A DNA stretch of 13,465 bases, taken from the NCBI GenBank assembly GCA_039801225.1, contig JBDRUH010000044.1:1-13465 (forward strand). The letters are read 5' to 3'. Both the position numbers and the translations under genes were made by a program. Position 1 is the first letter of the stretch, and every line of letters starts with the position of its first letter. This stretch comes from a candidate division WOR-3 bacterium. Lineage in GTDB: Bacteria; Hydrothermota; Tepidihabitantia; Tepidihabitantales; Tepidihabitantaceae. The notes below the pieces were generated by a model, which was given only the letters and a program-made list of their open reading frames with translations, was not told the DNA's origin and ran no database searches. Of the stretch, positions 1 to 9,056 are shown piece by piece.

Positions 1-1
1 G

Positions 2-367
2 GACCCGAAACTGAGCAATCTGTATAACGCCACCACCATTGGTGCGGATTCGGTCAACTCAAGACCGGTCTGGATTGTGGAACTTAAGGCGCGTTCAAGT
101 GAGGTTGCCTATCCCTTGCGCCGGGTCTGGATTGACCAGGAGCGGTATTTAATCCTGAAAGAGGAACGCTATGCTAAAGGCGGCAAACTGCTCAAGACCG
201 CAGAGGTCTTGGAGTTGAAGCGAATTGAAGGTCGCTGGGTGGCGACAAGGGCGCGCTTTAAGGATATGCTGAAATCTGGTGAAGGCACCGAGTTTATCAT
301 TGAGGATGTCAAATTCAATGTGCCGATTCCACCCGCCCTTTTCTCCAAGTCATCCCTGCGCCGGTAA
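2..367 (+). CDS. Outer membrane lipoprotein-sorting protein (LolA-like), C-terminal part; 5' end lies outside the window
   Basis: Frame is open from base 2 (DPKLSNLYNATTIGADSVNSRPVWIVELKAR...) to TAA at 365-367. The pattern Y-x-x-R-x-V-W-I-D...E-R-Y-x-K-G-G-K-L-L-K...W-V-A-T...D-V-K-F-N-V-P-I-P-x-x-L-F-S is typical of the LolA-like family C-terminus. Confidence 0.8.
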   Translation, partial: DPKLSNLYNATTIGADSVNSRPVWIVELKARSSEVAYPLRRVWIDQERYLILKEERYAKGGKLLKTAEVLELKRIEGRWVATRARFKDMLKSGEGTEFIIEDVKFNVPIPPALFSKSSLRR

Positions 368-379
368 TATGCGAATGCA

Positions 380-1000
380 TTGACAGTTGTAAACAGCACG
401 AATCTGACAGGAAGAATAAGCCGGAACTTAGCATTTGTTGGTGCTGGCGGCGTGCGCTATGTGCTTAATGTGAAAAGTCCGGCGAATCCGGTGAAACTGT
501 CAGAGGCTATTCACACCCGCGGCTCTGTTGAGGGCTTGGCGCAGGAGTCAAATCGGCACTACATCGCAGCAGGAGAGGTAGGTCTTGAGCTCTGGGATGT
601 AACCAATCCCACAACTCCAACAAGACTCGGTTCCTGCAATACCCCAAGCAGGGCATATGGCGTTGCGGTAGCCGGCAATTATGCCTATGTTGCGGACGAG
701 GAGGCTAATCTGCGGATAATTGAGTTCTATGGTGGTGGAATTGAGGAATACTTTCCTCCAACGGCTAACCGCTCACGGCAAACCGCAACCATTGTCCGCA
801 GCACGCTTTTTCTTAGCCGCAAGGTGTCAGCTCTCAGCCGTGAGCCAGTTTTGCTCCTTGACATCACCGGTCGCAAGGTGCTTGACCTTAAGCCCGGTAC
901 CAATGACATCCGGCACCTTTCGCCCGGGGTGTATTTTATCCGAACACATTCAACCTTCGTAAATCAACAGGAGGCTCAAAAGGTAATTGTCGCTGAGTGA
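380..1000 (+). pseudogene. Truncated LVIVD-repeat (beta-propeller) protein with C-terminal secretion-sorting-like domain; probable remnant
   Basis: LVIVD-type repeats (GLELWDVTNPTTPTRLGSCNTPSRAYGVAVAGNYAYVAD) and a C-terminal LDITGRKV...LSPGVYFI...KVIV domain resembling T9SS type A sorting domains. There is no signal peptide, only a TTG start without SD, and about 2-3 repeats. Confidence 0.6.
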
Positions 1001-1043
1001 TGAACTGGGTTTTAATTAGGCAAAAGAAGATGCTAACGGGTGG

Positions 1044-2162
1044 TTATAAGGGAAGTTGATAGACCCGGTAGGTGCGGTAGAGTTTTCCTCCCCACATCAG
1101 AATTGGACGGATGATGGCAAGGTTGTCTTCAAGAATCCAGGATACCTCACCTGCGGTGTAACCTAATCTTTTCGCACCCATAAACGATTCGTAATACAAT
1201 AGGGCGTCAAAGCCGAGGTTGTGGAATTTGCGCTTCACCCCCAGTGCCCAAAGACGAGCGCGGGTGATGCGGTTGCGATAGAAAAGAAATTTAAGCCAGC
1301 CAAAAGGGAAGAGTCTACCACCAAGCCGTTTTAAAACCTGATTGTAATCAGGTAGGGCGATGCAGATACCAGCCACCTCGCCTTGATAAAAGACCAACGG
1401 GCAGATTTCTGGTTTGACAATCGGCTTTAACTGACGAGCAAGGTCGTCAATCTCTGCATCAGTAAGGGGGGCAAAATCCCAGTTCTGCGACCAGGCGTCG
1501 TTATATACCTCTTTGATAAACTTTAAGTCGGTTTTGAGATTCTTCAGGTCAACCGGACGAACCACCAAACCGGGGCGCCGCTTTAAACTTTGCATTACCC
1601 GAAGTAATTTTTCCGGTATCGGCTGGTCAAGAGGGACGGAATAGGCGTAGAGGTCTTTTACTTTAAATAGACCACACCCTTCTATGAGGGCGGGATAGTA
1701 TTCGGGGTTGTAACTCATTTTGATGTAAGGCATTTCCGAAAAAGGTTCAATTAACAGCCCTGCCTCGTCGTTGAGCCCTGGGTTTGCCGGACCATAAAGA
1801 AACCTCATCCCTTGAGAACGAGCAAACTCAGCTGCTGCTTCAAAAAGCGCCTGGGCGGTATCTAAGTTGTTTTCGCACTCAAAAAAGCCGAAAAAGCCTA
1901 TCGCCGAGTTGTGATATTGATTGTAGTTTTCGTCAATGGTGGCACAGATGCGACCCACCGGTTTGTTTGCCCGCTCAGCAAGAAAAAGTTCCCGGCGGGC
2001 ATGGTTCCAGAAAGGGTTTCTGCCCGGGGTTAAGGTATTTTTTACATCCCCAATCAGCGGTGGTACCCAGTTCGGGTCATCGTGGTAAAGAGAGAAGGGT
2101 AGTTTAACAAACCGGTCTAAGTCAGCCGGCGTCGCCACACGCTGAATTTTCAGCGGAGTCAA
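1044..2162 (-). CDS. YghO-like GNAT-fold N-acyltransferase, putative bacterial ceramide synthase (bCerS-like)
   Basis: Family motifs FVKLPFSLY-x-DDPNWVPPL, NPFW, VGRI, GFFGFFEC, YN-x-x-YY, YNDAWSQNWDFAPL, ALPDYN, LPFGWLK-like and SWILEDN. The TTG start overlaps the stop of the upstream SPT-like gene (TTGA, 2159-2162). Confidence 0.8.
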   Translation of the reverse strand: MTPLKIQRVATPADLDRFVKLPFSLYHDDPNWVPPLIGDVKNTLTPGRNPFWNHARRELFLAERANKPVGRICATIDENYNQYHNSAIGFFGFFECENNLDTAQALFEAAAEFARSQGMRFLYGPANPGLNDEAGLLIEPFSEMPYIKMSYNPEYYPALIEGCGLFKVKDLYAYSVPLDQPIPEKLLRVMQSLKRRPGLVVRPVDLKNLKTDLKFIKEVYNDAWSQNWDFAPLTDAEIDDLARQLKPIVKPEICPLVFYQGEVAGICIALPDYNQVLKRLGGRLFPFGWLKFLFYRNRITRARLWALGVKRKFHNLGFDALLYYESFMGAKRLGYTAGEVSWILEDNLAIIRPILMWGGKLYRTYRVYQLPL

Positions 2163-3346
2163 GGAATCAGTCCCTCTTTCCTACCCACCTTTTTAAAAAT
2201 CTCTAACGCCAGGTCGGTGTCTTCGTCGGTATGGGTTGCCATATAACTGGTCCGAATCAGGGAGCGGTTTGGTGGCACCGCCGGTGGCAAAACCGGGTTG
2301 GCGAAAATTCCCGCTTCAAACAGGGCACGCCAGAAGGAAAGGGTCTTCATATCACTGCCGATATGAATCGGGACGATTGGAGTTTGGGTACCGCCGATGT
2401 TATAGCCCATTGCCCGGAGCCCATCAATCATCTTGCGGGCGTTGCGCCATAGTCGCTCGCGGCGCTCCGGTTCCGATTTGATAATTTTTAATGCCGCGAG
2501 GACTGTAGCCGCTGCGGTAGGAGGGATTGCCGCGGAGAAGATCAGCGGTCGCGCCTGGTGACGGATATAGGTGATTACCTTATGCTCACCAACCACATAC
2601 CCACCGATTGTGGCAAAAGATTTGGAAAATGTCCCCATAATAAGGTCAACATCATTCTCAACCCCAAAATGCTCCGCGGTGCCCCGACCATTTTTCCCCA
2701 AAACACCAATTGAATGAGCGTCATCTACCATCAGCCGGCATTGGAATTTCTTTACCAGCGGAACAATCTTGTCCAACGGCGCAATATCCCCCTCCATAGA
2801 AAACACGCCGTCAACAATTACCAGTTTTCCGCTATCGGACGGCAATCCCTTAAGAACCGTTTCCAGGGAATTCGGGTCATTATGGGTAAATCGCTTGACC
2901 GAACCGTAAGACATCTGACAACCGTCCATAATTGAGGCATGGTCAAGTTTATCGGTGATGGCGACATCGCCCCGCCGCACCAGCGCCGAAACAACGCCCA
3001 AATTAGTCTGATAGCCGGTGGAAAAAACGATACAGTCCTCCTTGTTGTGAAAACTTGCCAGTTCCCTTTCCAGTTCCACATGGAGGTCAAGAGTGCCATT
3101 TAGGAATCTTGACCCGGTGCAGCCGGTGCCATATTTTTTAATAGCAGCAATCGCCGCCTCCTTCACCCGCGGGTCAGTAGTAAGACCTAAGTAGTTATTA
3201 GAACCGAGCATAATCAACTCTTTCCCGTTGATAATCACCCGACGGTCTGGCTCAGAGTTCAGCGGAATAAAATACGGGTAATATCCCTGTCTCTTTGCCC
3301 GGTCAACAATCGGAAAGTATTCCCAGCATTTAGCAAATAGGTCCAT
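2159..3346 (-). CDS. spt: Alpha-oxoamine synthase family PLP enzyme, most like Bacteroidota-type serine palmitoyltransferase
   Basis: Motifs G-Y-Y-P-Y-F, GSNNYLGL, YGTGCTGSRFLNGTLDLH, DHASI, DGVFSMEGDIA, DDAH, GTFSKS (PLP lysine) and R-x-S-x-MATH. The start is moved from TTG 3382, which coincides with a -35 box, to ATG 3346 (MDLFAKC..., 395 aa). Confidence 0.8.
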   Translation of the reverse strand: MDLFAKCWEYFPIVDRAKRQGYYPYFIPLNSEPDRRVIINGKELIMLGSNNYLGLTTDPRVKEAAIAAIKKYGTGCTGSRFLNGTLDLHVELERELASFHNKEDCIVFSTGYQTNLGVVSALVRRGDVAITDKLDHASIMDGCQMSYGSVKRFTHNDPNSLETVLKGLPSDSGKLVIVDGVFSMEGDIAPLDKIVPLVKKFQCRLMVDDAHSIGVLGKNGRGTAEHFGVENDVDLIMGTFSKSFATIGGYVVGEHKVITYIRHQARPLIFSAAIPPTAAATVLAALKIIKSEPERRERLWRNARKMIDGLRAMGYNIGGTQTPIVPIHIGSDMKTLSFWRALFEAGIFANPVLPPAVPPNRSLIRTSYMATHTDEDTDLALEIFKKVGRKEGLIP

Positions 3347-3354
3347 CAGATTCC

Positions 3355-3382
3355 ATTGTAAAAAAGCGAAATTACTTGTCAA
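3355..3382 (-). promoter_or_regulatory. Sigma70-type promoter for the spt/acyltransferase pair (leaderless or near-leaderless)
   Basis: Minus strand reads TTGACA (3382-3377), 16 nt, TACAAT (3360-3355), 8 nt, ATG (3346). No SD is present. Confidence 0.75.
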
Positions 3383-3421
3383 AACCTGCCTATCTTACAA
3401 ATTGAATTTATCCTTAGAGTC

Positions 3422-3449
3422 TTGACAATCAACTCATCTTGGCTATATT
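3422..3449 (+). promoter_or_regulatory. Sigma70-type promoter for the nucleotidase-ComEA fusion gene (leaderless)
   Basis: TTGACA (3422-3427), 16 nt, TATATT (3444-3449), 6 nt, ATG (3456). No SD is present. Confidence 0.75.
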
Positions 3450-3455
3450 AAAACT

Positions 3456-5123
3456 ATGGTTGGCTTGATAGCACTAATATTTTTCGGTGCATTATCATCC
3501 TCTGCTGACTTCCAAGCCATCCGGGTGATCTGGACCTCAGACCTCCATTCTCAGTTGTTACCCACTCCCGACTTCGCTTCTCCTGGAGTGCCCCGACGCA
3601 GATTAGGTGGCTGGAACAATCTTAAAAAATTAATTCAAGGGCAACAGACTCCAGCAACAATTCTGTTGGATTGTGGCGATTTTGGTTTCGGTTCTCCTGA
3701 AGGCGATAGCTCCCAGGGAAGGGTGGCAATTACCCTAATGAACCGTATCGGTTATGATGCCGTCACCCTGGGTGCCCGGGACTTCTGTGGCGGCTTAGCA
3801 AATGTTGAACTGCTCGCTCGCTTTGCCGGGTTCCCGGTTCTTGCCGATCCAATGCTAAATGTCGTGCTCAATCGCCAGACACCGCTCTTTCGCCCCTATA
3901 TGATAAAAGATATTAAGGGGGTTAAAGTGGGGATAATCGGACTTACTGACCCGGAAATACCCGCACTCAACCGACCAATAGATGTTGCTGGTATAGTTAT
4001 TGATGATCCTCTCACCCAGTTACACCGATATTTGCCCGCGGTTATCGCCGAATCGGCAGAGGTAATCATAGTCTTCGGTCATATAACGGTTGATGATGGG
4101 ATGAATATTGCTGAAAGTGTGCCCGGGGTTCACCTAATTCTCTGTTCAGGCAACCCAGATAAAATTGAGGGTCAATTACCTAGGGTGGGGAAAGGCGTAG
4201 TGGCGGTTAGCGGTGTTTTTGGGCAGCGAATTGGTATCGCTGATATCCTCTTTCACAAGACCAAACGCCAAATTTATCAAATAGCAACCCAGGTGTTAAA
4301 TGTTGTCCCTGAAGAAAAAGCGGACACCGAACTTCAAGCGATATTGCTCAATCGGCTGGATGAGACGGTCGCTTACTCAGAAGAGGAATTTCCCCCGGAT
4401 GAAACGGGTAAAATCAAATTGGGACTGGTTATCGCAGAAGCAATAAAGAAAGCGACTGGTGCCGATATTACCGTCTTACCGGTAAATGTTATTGAAGGAG
4501 GGGTAACCACTGGAGAAATCACCATTCGTGACCTTTTTAATACCGTCCCCTACAAAGAACGTTTGAGGCTGTTATCTTTGCCTGAGACATTACTGACTAA
4601 AGTTCTGGTGCCGGTCAATCTTGACAGAAATATCATCTGTCCGGCAGTTGCCGGTGCCGACCTGTTTGTTACCGGCGATACTTTGATTTGGCCCCGACTG
4701 AGTGAAGTAACTCAATTCAGACTCAGAAAGCGCAACAAAGACATTTACAAATTGGTAACCACGGAAACCTGGCTAAAACACTCAATGCTCACCGAACAGG
4801 GGAAATTTCTCCCCGATAACCTTACTGACCTCTGGTTGAAATTTGTTAGTGAACACCAAAAAATCAAAGCGGATGAACCGCCGAAACTCTATCTCGCTAC
4901 ATTGGGAATTGCCCGAGAGCCGAGCAAGCAACTCATCAACATCAACACCGCCAGTACAGAACTCCTCTGTCAACTACCGGGGATCGGTCCAAAGACCGCC
5001 GAGAAAATAATTCAATACCGAGAGTCTCAAGGTCGGTTTCGGTCAATAGAAGAAATAATGAATGTCAAGGGAATAGGTCCTAAAAAATTTGAGCAAATCA
5101 AGGACCTTATTACGGTAAAATAA
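3456..5123 (+). CDS. Secreted 5'-nucleotidase-fold (calcineurin-like metallophosphoesterase plus C-domain) protein with degenerate active site, fused to a C-terminal ComEA-type helix-hairpin-helix DNA-binding domain
   Basis: Hydrophobic N-terminal signal-like segment. Motifs TSDLHS, LLDCGDFGFGS, MNRIGYDAVTLGARDF, GVKVGIIGLT, GEITIRDLFNTVPY. C-terminal ININTAS...LPGIGPKTAEKII-x-YR...F-x-SIEEIMNVKGIGPKKFEQIKDLITV at about 4932-5120. Confidence 0.85.
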   Translation: MVGLIALIFFGALSSSADFQAIRVIWTSDLHSQLLPTPDFASPGVPRRRLGGWNNLKKLIQGQQTPATILLDCGDFGFGSPEGDSSQGRVAITLMNRIGYDAVTLGARDFCGGLANVELLARFAGFPVLADPMLNVVLNRQTPLFRPYMIKDIKGVKVGIIGLTDPEIPALNRPIDVAGIVIDDPLTQLHRYLPAVIAESAEVIIVFGHITVDDGMNIAESVPGVHLILCSGNPDKIEGQLPRVGKGVVAVSGVFGQRIGIADILFHKTKRQIYQIATQVLNVVPEEKADTELQAILLNRLDETVAYSEEEFPPDETGKIKLGLVIAEAIKKATGADITVLPVNVIEGGVTTGEITIRDLFNTVPYKERLRLLSLPETLLTKVLVPVNLDRNIICPAVAGADLFVTGDTLIWPRLSEVTQFRLRKRNKDIYKLVTTETWLKHSMLTEQGKFLPDNLTDLWLKFVSEHQKIKADEPPKLYLATLGIAREPSKQLININTASTELLCQLPGIGPKTAEKIIQYRESQGRFRSIEEIMNVKGIGPKKFEQIKDLITVK

Positions 5124-5125
5124 AA

Positions 5126-5244
5126 ACCCGGCAGCGACCTACTCTCCCACGCCGTTACCAGCGCAGTACCATCGGCCCTGGAGGGCTTAACGACTCTGTT
5201 CGGAATGGGAAGAGGTGTTTCCCCTCCGGTATAACCGCCGGGCA
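5126..5244 (-). rRNA. rrf: 5S ribosomal RNA
   Basis: Minus strand GCCCGGCGGTTATACCGGAGGGGAAACACCTCTTCCCATTCCGAACAGAGTCGTTAAGCC...GATGGTACT...GGGAGAGTAGGTCGCTGCCGGG. It carries the conserved CCGAAC loop and a paired helix I. Ends are approximate. Confidence 0.97.
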
Positions 5245-5255
5245 ATAATTTAAAA

Positions 5256-5273
5256 GGAGAAGAAGCAGACTAA
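5256..5273 (-). other. 3' arm of the 23S precursor processing stem
   Basis: TTAGTCTGCTTCTTCTCC pairs over 18 consecutive positions (3 G-U) with GGAGAAGAGGCAGGCTGA at 8306-8289. Confidence 0.85.
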
Positions 5274-5277
5274 TGAA

Positions 5278-8281
<3,004 letters not shown>

Positions 8282-8288
8282 GTGAATA

Positions 8289-8306
8289 TCAGCCTGCCTC
8301 TTCTCC
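8289..8306 (-). other. 5' arm of the 23S precursor processing stem
   Basis: Complementary to 5273-5256, bracketing the 23S rRNA as in RNase III-type processing stems. Confidence 0.85.
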
Positions 8307-8310
8307 AAAT

Positions 8311-8322
8311 TGTCAAAGAGCG
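8311..8322 (-). promoter_or_regulatory. rrn antitermination boxA
   Basis: CGCTCTTTGACA closely matches the rrn boxA consensus (TGCTCTTTAACA) and lies between the promoter and the processing stem. Confidence 0.85.
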
Positions 8323-8339
8323 AATTTATTCTTCTGTTA

Positions 8340-8400
8340 ATATTAATAAATTTACCGTGAAAAGTCAAGCGAAAAAATAAAAATTTTTAATTTATCCTTA
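8340..8400 (-). promoter_or_regulatory. Dedicated sigma70-type promoter with A/T-tract UP element for the 23S-5S unit
   Basis: TTGACT (8368-8363), 17 nt, TAATAT (8345-8340), with A/T tracts at 8371-8400 immediately upstream. Confidence 0.8.
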
Positions 8401-8483
8401 ATTTTTTATAAGTATTTATTAAAAAGATACTTAAGTTTATTACTTTCCTCTTTTATTTGCCTCCTTTTCTCAAAAATTTAATC

Positions 8484-8516
8484 TCCCCTCTTAGGGGACA
8501 GAAGGATCCCTCCTTC
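8484..8516 (-). terminator. Tandem short hairpins downstream of the SWIB-like gene; possible terminator or 3' stabiliser
   Basis: GAAGGA-ggga-TCCTTC then TCCCCT-aag-AGGGGA, followed by GATTAAATTTTT. The U-tract is imperfect. Confidence 0.35.
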
Positions 8517-8565
8517 AATTATTACTATAAATTACCGCTGGCTTTTAGTTACGCTCTGGGTGCTC

Positions 8566-8847
8566 CTAAAATAGATTGTTCTTCTTAATATATGCCCAGA
8601 GCAGTTTATTCATCTCGCCGACTTTAACCGCGTTCTTTTTACCCAAGAATGCCTGAAGTTCCGGCGTTAGTTTAATTGACCTTTTCATCAAAGGTCCTTC
8701 ACCGGTCATCAGTTTATTCTTTTTGATATAGTCCCAGAGCTTCTTGTTTATATCCTTTATTTTGATCACCTTGCCCGGTCCCAGAACCGGTTGCATTGCA
8801 TCAGTAAGTTTTACCGTGCGCTTCATCAATGCTTGACCTCGTGGCAT
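8566..8847 (-). CDS. Small basic SWIB/MDM2-domain-like protein made of two 41-aa repeats
   Basis: The SWIB signature K-x-LW-x-YIKKN-x-L occurs twice, with L-x-x-x-L-x-x-x-LG in each half. ATG start with SD AAGGAG 6 nt upstream. 18 Lys + 3 Arg versus 6 acidic residues. Confidence 0.85.
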   Translation of the reverse strand: MPRGQALMKRTVKLTDAMQPVLGPGKVIKIKDINKKLWDYIKKNKLMTGEGPLMKRSIKLTPELQAFLGKKNAVKVGEMNKLLWAYIKKNNLF

Positions 8848-8932
8848 TTACTACTCCTTTCTGCCCGCAACGGGCGATTTTGAAACCTTTCTCTTCATTA
8901 TGCCGTCTCTTAGTGGCATATAAGTTTATTTT

Positions 8933-8961
8933 ATTGTGAACATAAAATTCCCTTCTGTCAA
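8933..8961 (-). promoter_or_regulatory. Putative sigma70-type promoter of the SWIB-like gene
   Basis: TTGACA (8961-8956), 17 nt, CACAAT (8938-8933). This predicts a 5' UTR of about 80 nt. Confidence 0.55.
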
Positions 8962-9056
8962 GCAAAATCAAACAACGAAAGCCTAAAGCCGAAGGGCAAA
9001 ATTTCCCGATTCGCTTTTGAGATTTGACCTAAAATCCCAGCAAGAACTTCGGTAGG

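Noticed and set aside
2159..3346. Annotation as BioF (8-amino-7-oxononanoate synthase) or Kbl
   Set aside because: There are no bio or tdh neighbours. The GxYPYF N-terminus, GSRFLNGT motif and coupling to a bCerS-like gene favour Spt, although this is not formally excluded without a phylogeny.
3347..3382. N-terminal extension of the SPT-like ORF from TTG 3382
   Set aside because: That TTG is the -35 box of the promoter, and family similarity begins near MDLF at 3346.
169..4973. Short overlapping ORFs (169..399, 720..962, 727..909, 1784..2107, 2231..2481, 2714..3099, 4782..4973)
   Set aside because: Shadow frames of well-supported genes, with no recognisable motifs or initiation signals.
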